Shown: positions 1 to 14,500 of the stretch, piece after piece
Layout: every line of letters begins with the position of its first letter
How positions within the stretch are numbered: position 1 is the stretch's first letter
NCBI GenBank assembly: GCA_964187785.1
Contig: OZ076409.1
Coordinates: forward strand, 34,350,001-34,414,000
Origin: Amphiscolops sp. MND2022
Taxonomy: Eukaryota
Length of the DNA stretch: 64,000 bases
Direction: 5' to 3'
Notes under the pieces: generated by a model
Database searches by the model: none
Seen by the model: only the letters and a program-made list of their open reading frames with translations
What the model was told of the DNA's origin: nothing
Translations under genes and position numbers: made by a program

Positions 1-447
1 TCAGTTTCAATTTTTTTGAAAAAGAGCCAAATTTGGTCTTTTTTCGACCCATTTCAACCTGAAAAAGATGATTGCACGTAAATTGTTTTAAACAATGTTT
101 TTTATGGGTGTTTTAAAACATGTTTTATTGGTATGTGTTTTAAAACATGTTTTAAAACATGACAACCTTGCCCAGACTATTGTCAGCTTTGTTGGAAATC
201 ACCAAACAGCTACGAATTAACAAGCTAAATTTGAAGTAAAGTGAAAAGGTCGCAACGCATGCAAGATTTCTTGGCTTTTCTCTCGAAAAGGAGTTTATGT
301 GAAAAAAAAACAAATGAAAACCAGCAAACTGTGCTGAAAACTAAAGGAAATGGAACTCCGTAGAAAGATAGTGGGTCTCACGGCTAAACATGAGAATGAA
401 AAAATGTAGTGGCATTTTGAGTTTCTCTGATGACGTCATGTACTCAC

Positions 448-3400
448 TTTGTACAGTTCGAAAGAAGAACTGGAGTGAATTAGGTTGTTGCCATAGTTAT
501 GCAACTGTTGGTTCAACTGATGTTGATGGAGGTTGTTGTTATGCAACACCAAAAGCGGTGACGCAATCTATCAAGCAACAGTTATCACATAACCAAAATA
601 TCGCGAGCTTGGTCCAATTTCTGGATGTAAGATTCAGTCAAATTTGCTTAACAGATATAATTTTTCGAGTGAAATTGTTGTTAGCGACAATGCGTGGAAA
701 CGAGTTTGAATGGATGGGACTTGATAATAAGTTGTTAGTACGCGATGTTTTTATTATTTGAGCTCCATTGTACTTCGGAGCAAAAGTTTTCCAAATGTTA
801 TTGAAAGTTACTGTTTCAATTTCATCTCAATTGAAACCGTGTCAATGTCATTTTGGTATAGAAGTCAACTCTCAGAATGCACAATTATCATAATTTTTAT
901 AAAATGGTGGATAATTTTTTGCAGATAACCAAGGTTTCAAAAGTCATTAAACGTTTTTTAAAATCAAGTTGAAGCTAGTAGGTCTTGTCATCAATTATGC
1001 TATGTGAGTTGTTATATTAGCCCAAAAATTGAGATTTTTGTTTTCAAATGAATTTTATAGATACTTCTTCGCGGTCGTGTTATCAAACAAACTTTTGTTA
1101 CCTTGTCACATGATTTGTGAGATCTGGATGACTTGTTGTGTGCAGAAGATGTGTGATGAGATTCAGGGTAGAGCTGCTTCAGTTTCAGCGAGTCCAACTG
1201 CCCCCTGAGTTCACTGACGGCCTACATGTCAACAAAGCAACCAACTCACTACTTAAAATGTGGAACAAACAAACAACAGATATTTCCGCTCTGAATTATT
1301 TTAGCAACAGTTAGCAACATTTAGGGGTGTTAAACCGAGTGCTAAACCCAACAAAAAATCAAAAAGTTGAAAATGTTCATATTTTGGCTCATTTTGAACA
1401 CACATTTCTTTGAAAATTAGATATCTATATTGGAAAATTATACTCATGAGCTAATTAGTTTTGGTCGTTGAATTTGTTTGAATATTCATTCCGACCAACG
1501 TTTTCAAAAACAAAACTTGCTTGAAAAGCTTAAAAAAGTGGAAAAAATCATCAAATCAATTATGTTTTTCAAGAAAAATTCAGATATCTCTACTATTGCA
1601 AATGCTACAAACTTAATTTTTTCGTCTTTTATCGTTGTGGAAAGAGCTATATTTCTTGAAAATAGTATTATACTATGGCATAATTAGTAAAAACCGACGG
1701 TTGAGAGGTTAGTTTGTTTCCGTATATGACATTTGGGTGGGAAAACGATGAGAATGAAGATGAATCTAACATTATGTTTGGTTTCTAGCTGGTATTGAAG
1801 CATGTTTTTGTCCGACATTTCTTTGTCAAGGGCCGATTTGAGCTTCAAGTTTTCCTTGTTCATGTTGTTCAGCTGGAACAGACAACACATGAGATAGATC
1901 GTAGGTTCAAGAAACATAACAGTGATCACGTGATGAGATTGGAACCAACCTGTTGATTGAGTTGCTGGATGGTAGTGACGTTGCTCTTCAGCCTGGCATG
2001 CAAGTCTTCGATGATGCTTGACTTCTCATTCAACTCTTCGGCCTGTTCAGTCTCGTGGTCTTCCAACCTGCAATCGAGGGTGGAATCAGTTAGAAAAGCT
2101 CAAAACTTTCAACATGGAAACTAGATCTCAATAAGCTACTTTTGCAGGCAAAAGTATTCAATCTTGATCACTCCGTTTTCAGGATTAAAATGTGCCAAAA
2201 ATTGAAGGTCTTTTCTTTGCAAATTCATCTTCAATATTAAACAAATTCATCAGCAGTTGAAACTAAATTCGTTGCAATTTTTTTCCTATTTATGTTCCAA
2301 AACATAAATATCTTTTTATTTATGGGTGTCCTTTTTATTTGTATCCCCAGAGCAGAGTTGTAATTCAATATCACAATGTTTCCACCATTACAACTCGTTG
2401 AAATATTAAGGATATGCATATGAGCGGGAAGTATATTATTGGGTCAGATGAGGTCATCAAGCCATGTCAAGTCAGGTCAGGTCATTTGTACTAACCGAGC
2501 CTTCATCTGCTCGAGCATGACCTGTTGTTGGGTGGAGTGTGACTGGAGCTCCTTGTACTTGTTGACCTCGAGCTTCTTGTCCTCCAGCTCAGCAGAGGCT
2601 GCTTCGTAGTTACGCTGGTACCTTTCCAACTGTTCTCCCAAGTGATCCTTCTCGGCCGTGAGCGCCACGATCGCACGACTCTGCTCTCGGATTTTGCTAG
2701 CCAGCTTCTCGTTCGCTTGTCTGCAAACAAACACAACAAACCAAACTCATGGGCAAGGTTTAATTCACAACACCGTTTTCAATAAATTTAGGCAAAAATT
2801 TTGATGGGTTCGGCTTAAAATGTCTGAAGATGGCGTTACAAAATAAAATTAGGACCGGATACAATCAGGTAAAACAGTTATGTGGCGATTAGCTAAACTT
2901 TAAACAAGACTCCTGTTGAGTACCCAAATAATTCCTGCCCTGAAATACTTTAGCGACAACATAATTTTGAAGCTAGAGCGTATCTAATAAACTTAAACGA
3001 ACGAAAACGTTTAAAAATTGCATAAAAAGTTCAAACGCTGAAAAATGGGACACTTTTTGTTCCTTTTCAATAAGAGCACTTTTTCTAAAAAAAGTTATTT
3101 TTCGTAGTGAACTCTACCGAAGGAACTCGGAAAGAACAAGGCAAAGCCTGTAAAAATGCAACAGAGATATAAATTTTCTGCTACCCAATGTATGAAACAT
3201 AGGTCGGAAGGGGGTTTATCTGAACTACAGAATGGCATGTTAGATTAAGACTATATTTCTATTCCTGGATAACGAATTCAACTCTTGGTTAGATAAGATT
3301 CCATTCCTGAAACCACTTTACAAGCAAGAAACACTCACTTCTGTTCCTGTACCCATTTGTTGACATTGGTGACTACCAGCTCACTCTCTCTGTGCAGACG

Positions 3401-5523
3401 GTCTGAGTTTGACCTGGCCTCGTCCAGGGACATCCTCATGGCACTGATCTCGTCCCTGGAGTTCTCCAGTTTGCCCTCCAATGCCTGCATCTCAGACGAC
3501 AGTCGATTGGCCTAAAATACACTACCCTCATTACTAACTCGAAATCGAAAATCTTTAGTGTTTGGTTTTTGTGAACAAAAACAACTCGTGTTAAACAACA
3601 TTGTAGGAAAATCAACCTTAGCATTCATTTTGTCTGAATGCAGCCGAAGCTTAGTCTATGAGAATTACTTAAAATTTTTTGCAACTCTTGTACTTTTTAA
3701 AAGAAAAACTGAACATACTCATTGCTTAGACAATGTTTTTCATATGAGATAGCTAATTTTGGAATGAAACCGATGAAGGTGAAAAAGTGAAACATTTTTA
3801 AAAGCAGGTCCTACTTCTTCGTGTTTGTATCTCAATTTTTCGTCAGTTGTAGTCAACTCTGATCTCAATCCATTGATTTCATCATCCCTCGAGCCCAGTT
3901 CCAGCAGCATTTGACGATGTTTCTCATTGGCTGCCGACAACTTGTTGTTCGTCTCTTCCAGTTTATGTTCGTAGAGTGTCAGCTCGTCTTGCGTCGCTCG
4001 GAAGTTTTCTTGGGTCTGTTTCAGCTCATTTTTCACAAGTCGTAGTTTTTCTTCACTCGCTCGGACTTCGTTGTTCAAGTTCTCATTGTTCTGGGTGAGC
4101 CTTGTCACTTCAGATCTCAAGCCACTGTTTTGAGAAGACCTTTCGTTGAGTTGAGACATCGTCTCCTTGTTATTTCCTTTTAGGGTGTTGACCTCCATTT
4201 GCAGCTCGTGAATGAACTGTTTGTCTTCTGCCACCTGATTGGTCAATTGTCGGGACTCCTCTTGGCTACCGGCCAGTTTGGTTTTGAGATCAGTTATCGA
4301 ATCTTCATATCTGTTCACCTGTGAATATTACGAATTCGCAAAAAAACAGGAAAAAATGAACCCATCTAAAGTATTTTTCCCTTCCACTAGACTCAATGAA
4401 TAAGTACTCGAAATCCTCAGTTATTGAACTTTACATTTTTAAAAAAAACAACGAGAAAGATAGAAGAAAATATCGAAGTTTTATTATTTCAAATGAAGTT
4501 CACGAAAGCTTTCTTTGGGAGAGTACTCAAGTTTTAAACTTAGAGAAAAACATCCATTAGCAGGGAGCACTTTTCAAGTTTATGGAAAAATACACACTTT
4601 GAAACTCCAAAAAATCTTAAGGACTAAGTGTTTGAGTGAAGGTAACCTCTTCGATGTGTCTCCTCTTGTCCCTGTCGGCGGCATCTAGTCCAGCGTGGGC
4701 AGTCTTGATCTGGCCCTGGGCTTCAGTGAGGTTCTCCTTGAGGACACTGGACTTGTTGTGGCTGTCAATCAATTCCTCTTTCAGGTGCGCTATAGTGTTC
4801 TCCGCTTTCGTAAGCTAAAAATAAATTGACGTCATCACATTTTCCTATTTTTGAATGGAGATTCCAACAGGGATAGGGAAATATCTTCAAATTGGGACAA
4901 AACGTGGGATCCCTGCGAAGAAGGAAATTAATATGAACTACAGTGGGTGGTGTTACCTGGTTCTGAGTTTCCTTGAGGTTTTTGTCGCATTGCATGTAGT
5001 CTCTCTCCAGGTTGGCACACGAGTGCCTCACTTCATGCAGGTCGTTGTTGCACTGTTGGAACTTGTTCCTCTCTCGGGTCAGTTCTTCTTGCAGCGCCTT
5101 CAGGCCATGCTCTAAGGTCGCAATCTTCTCACCCAAGTTGGCGTTCTATAAAACCACAATGGAAAACTTTAGAGAGTTCTGAGCTCTCGCTTTCCACAAT
5201 TCGGTAGTTTAGCTGATTTTTACCTCAATCACTTCAGTTTTTGAGATGGTGTGGAATGAATGATCCTTCATTTTTTGTAAACAAGGTCGTTTTGAAATGG
5301 CTTCAATTTTCGAAAAACGCGTTTCGACCGCCAAAAACTTATAACAAAACGGATGGTCAAGAAAGTTAGCGTAAATAGTTTCGAACAGTAAGAAGCGTGA
5401 TGAACCTGGGTCGCTCTGACTGCGAGTTCGGACTCGAGTTTGTTACCCAGTTGTCTCTGTCGGTAGATCTCCGCAGCTGCCTCCTGGTTCTTCTGCTTGT
5501 CAACAGCCACTTCTTCTCGCAGG
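448..5523 (-). CDS. Host gene exons 5406-5523, 4957-5145, 4647-4814, 3815-4318, 3339-3511, 2496-2720, 1950-2067, 1771-1872, 1102-1221, 448-567
   Basis: Phase-matched exons. The last two encode a low-complexity H/N/S-rich tail. A possible tiny terminal exon at 210-224 (LVNS-stop) is uncertain. Confidence 0.78.
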
Positions 5524-8500
5524 CTACAAAATATAACCCAACTCAAAAAAATGGAAACATATTCCCACACTTGCAATCCAAAAGCTTAAAGGCTAATTGT
5601 CCCATTCTAAAATGGTAAAATACCCTCAATAATAAAATAAAGATGAGTCTACAGTAGTACTATGGTACTTTACTATGGTACTACTATGGTAGTACTCTGT
5701 AGTACTATGGTATGTGAAAGATGAAAATGAAACTAAAGTAAAATGATGCAATTTCGAGAACTTCTCTAAAGATATCAAAATAACAAAGTCGTTTCTCGCT
5801 CAGAGACAAACTTTCTCAATGCTCACTGCCACGTTAATTCCCTCCAATCCTGATGCTAATGCTGAACGACATGAGCTGAGGAGTAATAGTTTTTGGCACT
5901 TTTTGGGTGAAGACATTTTTGGCAAAACTGTTTTTGCATTTAAGAAACAGGAAGTACAAAACATTTTTACATGCCCTATTTAAATATTGCGAAACTGGGG
6001 CGATTTCATACTACCAAAAAGTCGAATGTAGGAAAAATGTCTTTTTTAGTGTTTTAATAGGGTTCCAGCCGAAATAAATTTTAATGATGAAATGATATAA
6101 ATGTTTTCTCCGGGTTTTCTTGCCGTCTATGAGAAAAAAGCCAAAGCAGTAAAAGAGTCGTTACTTTTTAGATATTTTTGCAAAAAATTTTGTCACGACC
6201 ATTTTTTTTCGGCAAAATTCGGTATTTCGGTTGACCAAAAATTGGGATTCCTACATGAGGTGAAAATTAAGTCTAGTAACTAAATTAAAATGAATATGAG
6301 ACTGATAATGAGTTTTTATTATTTATCCTCACGGTTGATTTTCATCAACTGCCGTTTCAGTTTCATCGGCGACTGTTTCTTTCTGAGTCAAAGTTTCCAG
6401 CGCAGAGGCAAGGCTGCGGATGACAGAAAAAAATCATTGGAAATTATGAGATGTGACATCAGAAACTACCGAGATACTATCCAAGTTTCCTAAAACTACA
6501 TTTGCCAAACCAAATTCGATGCTAAAGAAGATCCAACTGTAATCGAAAATATGACGGCTTGTAAGCAAACCTGACTGGTACTTCAGTCCTTTGAAATGAA
6601 ATGGACAAAACGAAGTTTGTCCTTCATCTAGCTAACAGCTAACCTTGAAACTAAATGGTCGTTATCAATGATTCTAAAATTGAATAAAAGCTCTGCCATA
6701 TAGAAAATAAAATACAGATGGATGAAGCAAAAGGTTAATACACATTTTTACATCTTCGTATATTGGTGAAACATTGGTTAAGAAATTTGTCACCCTCTCT
6801 TAAGACATGAAAGCGGCTTTTCTATGTCACTCAAAGTTTTATTCGAGAACATTGAGAGCTGATGAATAAATCGATGATTATTGGTTAGTGAGTTGGAGGT
6901 TTTTCAAATGTTTCTGGGCGCAATTGTTGGATCCAAATTACTTTCGTTTTTCAGACAATTTGCTTCCTTAAGCGGAGTTGCTGTAAGTGAACATCTGTGA
7001 TCAAACGAAAAGTTTCTGATGCTGAAACTTACATGGCCAATTGTCTAAAATAACGGCAAAGAATTCATGGCACATGAAAAACATCCATGGGTTCAGACCA
7101 CATATAAAATGATTGATTTCCTGGATCAGACTTTATTAGATTTCCATACAATTTCGTTCATAGAACCATACGGACAGCACAATTTCAAACAATTCCATTA
7201 TTGCGAACCATGATTCCAGCGCATCATAAAAACCCATACAGTTCCATACTTGAAAACTTTTAGAATTCTATCATACGATCCGGATACCTGGGATATTTGA
7301 GATCTCGGTAACCTTGATATCTGAAGCCTCTATTTTGCAACCTTCGAGTTAAAAATAAATGGATGATCTACACCAAAAAATGAATGCGAAAAAGTTAGCC
7401 CATATTAAAAAGACAGCGTGTTGAAATTTGGGGTTTTGAATTGAGCAACTTTTCTTCAAGGCTCTTACCGGCCAATAGCGTTTCTGGCATCAGACAACTC
7501 TTGTTCGTAAGTAGCCACTTGCTCGCGGGCGTTTTTCAATTCGACACTAAGCTTCTGGTTGTTACTCCTCTCTCTGTTCAGGTCGTTGCTCTTCGAGCTT
7601 AATTCATCCTGAGTCGAGTTCAAAGTTCTTTCAATCAGTTCCAATTTCTCCTCGCAATGTGCCAACTCTTGTCCGGTTTCATTGAATCTACAGCAAGAAG
7701 CCAAAGTTTTGTTCATCAAATTCACAAGTTGCCAAAAAAATGAATTATTAGAAAATCCAGCATTGAAAAAGTTATCACATATATTCACAAAGCTGTTTAT
7801 GTGAAAAGATTTAGAGTCGATCATGTGAAATATGTTCCTTAATTTTCTTGGAATCTTGACTCAATAAGAAAGTATCTCTGGATGTGAGATGCTGACTGAG
7901 AAATATATGACTAACCTCATCTTGGTTGATCTGAGATCGGATCTAGTTCGCTCCAAATCTTCTGTTAGTTGGGTGATGCGGTTGTCTTGTTGTCCGTTGG
8001 TCGCAGTCAGGGTGGCTATCTGTTTCTCAAGGTCACAGATCTGTCGTTCTTGGGAACTCACCTACAAAAACTTAGTTTTTTAAGCTTTTGAAAACCACAA
8101 ATGAAGACTTTTATTTTTAAAAATGCGTTTTCTTTGAGACGATACACATAAACATTGTTTTTCCGGATTCAATTTGAAGCAAAAGTTATCAGGTAGGAGA
8201 CTCATTAGAAGTAAAAATCTTAGCTAAGTATTTAGCCAAAAATTATTTCTGATTAGTACATGAACGGTATGAAGTTGCACCATTTTTGTACGGAATTACG
8301 AAAGAACTAGGTTCACTTTAAACTGATTTATGCTTTTTACACGATACACGCTACCGATTGTGTCCGGACATTACGCCCAAGGACATTACGCCCAAAGCGG
8401 ACATTACGCCCAAACGTAAATTACGCACAAGGAAATTACGATAATGTTATGCACACATACCCCTAGTGCCTTAAATGCAGGAGCGAAGCGAAGCGAAGCG

Positions 8501-11500
8501 ACGTGCCATATGGCCATGCCTCAATGTTGCTACTTGGCGAAGGGAGCGAAGCGACCGAGCCATACAACAAATATTTAAACCTCTTCAAATAATAACCTGA
8601 AAAAAATCGCTGCTATTCGCTTTGAATAGCTTAATTTCCTTGGGCGTAAATTCCGTTTGGGCGTAATTTCCTTGGGCGTATTGTCCTAGAACCCTACCGA
8701 TAAAGAATCCAAAAATAAACGAAAAACAGGATACATGGTTTATGCTACACAAATCAAGTCACTGATTGTGATATTGCATTAATGCTCCCAATTTTCAGCG
8801 GTAACGAAGTAACAGTCCCAGTTGTCTCCATATAAGTACGGTATCGACTGAACTCGATGAAAAGATCGTCTTGCCTGATAAAATGAAAAATGGAAATCAA
8901 ATGTATCATACACTGAAGAAGAGACTAAAGAAATATTTTACAGAGAAGTTTATAAGTCAAGTCGATAGACGGCAATTGTCAAAAATGTTGGAGTGAATAT
9001 CGGGTTAAATAATAATCAATTTACAATAATTATCATTAATACTTTACTTTAAATTTTTACACTGCCCTCATATATGTAAAATCCTTTGTATTTTATCATA
9101 ATGGGAGGAAATTCAGTGCTTTTTTAAGAGGAAGTTTGGGACTAACTTCTTCGGCTTTTCGCTGGCACTCGTCTCTGGTGGAGCTGATCTCGACCTGGGC
9201 ACGTTCTAGGGCCTCGTTCTGCATCTTGATGTCATCTCTGTACTGTTTGATGGACTGCTGTGCCGAGCTCAGGTCTTTCTCCAGACTCAGAATCTTGGCA
9301 TCATACGCAGCACTGCTCTGTCTAGAATGCACGCAACCAGGTGATTAACACAGCATTACTAAGAGATTAACAAAATTCTTGCGTAAAGCAGAACGTTTTT
9401 TTTCTTGCTTTTCTATAGCAGCAAAGCAAGTCTGGGAATGTGTATCATCAGAGCTACTTGAATCTATGTGCACAAAAAATGAAAGGTTGCAAAGGAAAAA
9501 TTATTGCGAGTCAGTTAGAGTGATATATGACTACTGAACGGAACGTTAACTCATAATAAGGTTTGGAATACTTTCTGAATTTTAAAGTTTATTCAAGCTG
9601 CACCAAGGCAAAATATTCAGCTGCAAAGAGAATTATTTTTGCACCAGCACAACAATATAGGTACAACAAGGATTAATGGCTGAAGAAATTCCAGAAAAAA
9701 ACAGTGGTCATGGTTTAAAAGCTGTGCATGTAACTTGATACAATTCATACCATTTTTCGTACAGTAACAAACTAGTAGTTTTTGAACTCTATCTTGGGAA
9801 AGAATAGACATTCATGATTTTTAAAAGTCTCCTCACATAGAACACTTGAAGTGAATTAGGGACTGTAGGACAAATTACAACAAAAGGAAACCCCTTATTG
9901 AAAACAATTATCAAGTGTTCACAAATACGCTACAACTTATTCAAAAATAAAAACAACTCTCGCGAAAAACTTTGAAATGCCAAATTTCCAACACTGATAA
10001 AATTTTGATGAGAAAGAAGTGGCTGATTGAAACTCTCATTTCGACGTTTCGTCACCCTTCTGATAATGTCAAGAGAAGTTGACGAAACCTCAAAATGAGT
10101 TTTAATCAGCCACTTCTTTCTCATCAAATTGTGATCCGGCTCCCGTATTTTCAATCTGATGAAATTTGTTGCGTCATCTGTTTGAAATTTCCCTTCGTTT
10201 GGGAAGTTGAAAACTCACTTGTGAGCATCCTGTTCTTCGTGCAGCTGTTTCTGAAGGGTGCGATGAGCCTTCTCCAACTTCTGCAGATCGCGATTGCCCT
10301 GATTCCTCTGCTCCTTAATGGCGGCCAGTTCCACACTGAGTATCTTGATGTTCTCCTCTTTGGAAGAAATGTCCGCGTCCTTGGACTGGCACTCGCTCTG
10401 GAGATGCAGCGACCTGTCGGTCAACTCGGCTATTCGGTTGTCTCTGTCGGACACCTCGGACACTGAGTGTTGGTGCAGCTGCTGGTATTGCATGTACTCC
10501 GAGTGGATCTGTTTCGCTCGTTCTTCGTGACGACGACTCTGCAAAACAAAACAGAAATATGATTCTGAATCTGTTCATAAGAAATACACTGAACTCCCTT
10601 TAAAATTTCATATTACTACCTTAAAGGCGAGGCGATACACAAAAGGTAGTGTAAACGCAGTTGTATAAATTTGAACATAGACTAACACAAAATTACTAAA
10701 GTACTAAAAATTAACAGAGTTTATTGATGTTACTCTCAAGTATCTCAAAAAATTTATGGATATAACAGTTGCTTCCAAGATCTCTACGAGCCAGTGCTAT
10801 TCTTCAAAAATTATTGAGGGTTGCAGCTATCTTTCGAATTTTTCCACGGGATTATTTGCTCAAAACTTGGGTACAGAAAGTTTTCGTTGAAAGGGGTTCT
10901 CGAAAAAAAGCGTTTTCAAAAAATAATGCAGAATGCTGCGAATTCTTTTAAAAATCTATGACTTCTCCCAGACATCGGTTAAAAGCCATTTTGCCATCGG
11001 TTAAATTTCCGCCATTTTGTTCCTTAAGTTGGTTTATGAACCGACTTTGGTCTACAGAAATCAAATTGGTTTTTAGGTATGAGGCAGAAATGAATTTTTG
11101 ATTCGTAACTTTGTTTATTTGAGACGACCAGAAAAAAAACAGACATTAAAAACCCTCAACATTTTCTACTGTTAATTCTAGTCAATGAAACCATGCAAGC
11201 TCATGGAAAACTCCATTAGAGTGGTTTTTATTCGAAAGAACTAAGACACCCTTATTATCATCTCTATTATTATTAAAAACAGAACATCAAAACATGCATC
11301 AAGTTTTGTTTGAAACTTCATAGCTCAACAACTTGTGAATCAAAATGATCATCACGAAAACTTCTCTACAGAAACGCCGCGGCGTGAAACTAACTATGCA
11401 CGTTTTTTGTATTTAGCATTGAACGAGTATTCAAGAAAAATGAAAAGTATGAACATTTTCATGAATTAATTACATCTACATTATAAAAATGAATATATAA

Positions 11501-14500
11501 ACGAGTAATACCAAACATATATCGGGATTTTGTTTTTTTTTCGCGGATGACAATCTTCGACAGATTTCATTTTCAGAAGCAATTTGAATGACATCTCGAT
11601 AAAAAATTTGAGTAGATCGTAAAACAACAACGAAAGATCAAATAGTATACTGAAACAGATAGTATACTGGAACTGACGAATTCGATGAAATTTAGGCCAC
11701 TTCAACTACAAGAGTCCAGTCTAAGCTAGTTTGATATCGTAAATGCATATGAAATCCCATAAGGTCTACAATGAAATGGGATTCTACAATTAGAAATATC
11801 ACCTCTTCTTCCTGAAATAATCAAAGAAAATAAACCTTTTCATACGATTTTTTTAAAATAGCAAAACAAACAGAAGTTAAAATCAGCCTTGATTAAGATA
11901 AGGCAAAATCACAGCGCGCGTATCAACACTTGCCACAAACTTCCATATAAAAGTATCAAAAACTGCATGAATGTAGAGTAAGTCCGAGCACAGAAACGTC
12001 TATATATTTCTGCATTTTTGATTGCTTGCGCTCATTTTATCAACAATATTGCAAGCAGAGGCTCCTGAATTCGATTTTGAGAAAAACTCAGTTATTATTA
12101 AACACGGCGTCAAGATAAAATCTCGATTGAAATCTTCGCCAAAATCTTCCAGGTTAAAATTTAAACTACAGTGACTTAGTACAGATTAGTTTCGACGAAG
12201 GGCGACCTGGATGAGCGCGAGGTGTCCCTAGAAGAGAAAAACATACAACTAGCATTTTGAATTTTATTCATTAAATCTGGTGTAGTATGGGGTTTTTTGA
12301 AAAAGTAACCATTGAACGCATTCAGGCACAGAATGCACAAAAAACTTACAGAATGTGTGGTTTCTGTCAATTTTTCCTTGAGTTCTTCGATGTGAGAGGA
12401 CAACTCGGCACACTTGATTCTAGAGGAGCTCAAATCTGATTGGCTGTGTCTCAGGTCGCCATTCAGAGTGGATAGCAAGTCTTCGTTCTCTTTGATGTGA
12501 GAGTTCTTCAGTTCTACAGTGTGTTCTAGTCCCTGTATCTTGCTTTTCAGATCCACTATTTGATTGTCTCGATCGCCCATCTAAAACGGATGTCAATGAT
12601 GCATCCGATAACTATGTAGAGCAATACAAGTTTCATCAGTACACCTTTTCCCAAAGTTTTTAGAATATAAATTTCTAAGTTACATCAACACGTTCAAAAG
12701 ATTTTCGATTTCGAAATGTTCTCAAACACAATAGTGAAAGCAGTCCTCTGTGAACTAACAAGATGCTATTAAGATCTTCTCAAAAACTTTTTTGATGTTA
12801 TCGTTCAACGTTTAAACACTAGAAATTCCAAACACCAAACTCCTAGATATAAATGCGGAAAATAATCGTGGCCTTCAAGTTGCAAGATTTTCAACATGAT
12901 GTGTATTGAACTGACTATGTTGAAATTTAGAAAGTCAACGCGTAATTGCAGCGGCCCTTCTCCGGATTCCGTTTGATTTAGACCGCTCTTCTATAGAGCT
13001 CAAAAATGACCAAATTCCGGTAGTTAGATACCAACAACCCCCAGTAATTATGTGGTACAAGTAACTGTAATGATTTGAATGCACATGTACGGAGTGTCTG
13101 TGGACTAACTGTTTCCTTGAGTCGTTCTATTTTGCTCTCTAGGCCGATGCACTTGTTCTCCATCTCGTTGATGACGTTGAGTGCCTCCAGATGTTTGCCC
13201 TGGACGGCGTTGAGGTCTTCCTGCAGGTTGTCGTTCGACTTGCGACAGCTCTCCAACTGCTGCTCCAGGGTCAGCACCTGATGACGTAATGACTCGATGT
13301 CGCTCTCGTGGCTCTTGATCTTCTCATTCGCGATCAGGTTCTGGAATGAGCACCACACTCTTGCCAATTATCAACATTTTAGAGTGGATAATCATTTCAG
13401 AAAGTCTCGCAAGCCTTTCTCGATCTGAACTCGGAAGCTTTGGTGGAATTGGAATCAGATCAATGTTGCACCCGCGTTATTATCTTGTACATTTCCAACT
13501 CATCATTTCTCAGAAAATTGACAAATTTTTCATGAACACTACCAAGAAGGTTTTAAAATCAGAATCCTGAAAAAGACGGAGCAAAAAATTTCGAACAAAA
13601 CCTTGACAAAAATATTCTAGCATTATTGATGTAGAATGGGAAAGTATTAGTACTTACAGCATCGTTCTGCTCGGTATATGCCTTCTTCAAGGAGTTCAAC
13701 TCTTTGCCCAGATTCTCAATCTCTACTTTCTGCTTATACGACTCTTGCTCTTCATTCGACAACTTCTTAGCTAAAAAACAATAAAATATTAAAATCAAGC
13801 TTTTCGGTTCCATCTTTCCAGTTACATAGTCAATTCTAGGAGATATACATACATAGCTGGAAAGACTTACTCATGGCTTCAAGCTCCAGCTGAGTGTTTT
13901 GCAGCATGCGGCTCAGTCTGTCTTCCTCTTCGAGATGATGTTGCTTAGAGGCTCGAAGTTGGCGAGTGAGGTCGTCAATGGAAGCGTTATTCTCGTCAAT
14001 CGTTTTCTGGTTCTCATCCTGTATCGATCAAGAAATGATAAATTATGGCACTCGCCCTAGTCCCAATAAAAGAGAGCTTCGTGAAGCCATTGGTTGACTT
14101 GAAATGTCATACCGAATAAAACCAACTTACAGTTAAACCTCGGTTTTCCGCCACTCTTTGGGAAGACGAAACTACGGTGGATAATTGAAATGGCGGATAA
14201 AAAATCCTTAATATTAGACCTGAACAAAAAGGATGAAATTCTTTCATTTGTGGTTACACAAAATGGCAGTGAGACGATGGGCGGATAATCGAGGTTTCAG
14301 TGTACAGCTTTATAAATTCAATTTCTCAACTGACTGTGCTCAATGAAAAGAAAAGCACCGTAACCTTGATGATATCAAAACAAGTAAGTGCCTATTTTAC
14401 AGAGTGGGCATGTCGGAACTCTCAATGAACAAAATGATAATACAAAAACAGAAACATCATTCCAACGTATTAGGAATAAATTTTATGATAGTAACAGTTA

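Noticed and set aside
390..761. 123 aa plus-strand ORF
   Set aside because: Overlaps the minus-strand host exon 448-567 and has no recognisable domain.
8840..8874. Possible extra host exon after a good acceptor (ttttatcag)
   Set aside because: The best donor gives 35 nt, which breaks the frame; the flanking exons already join in phase 0.
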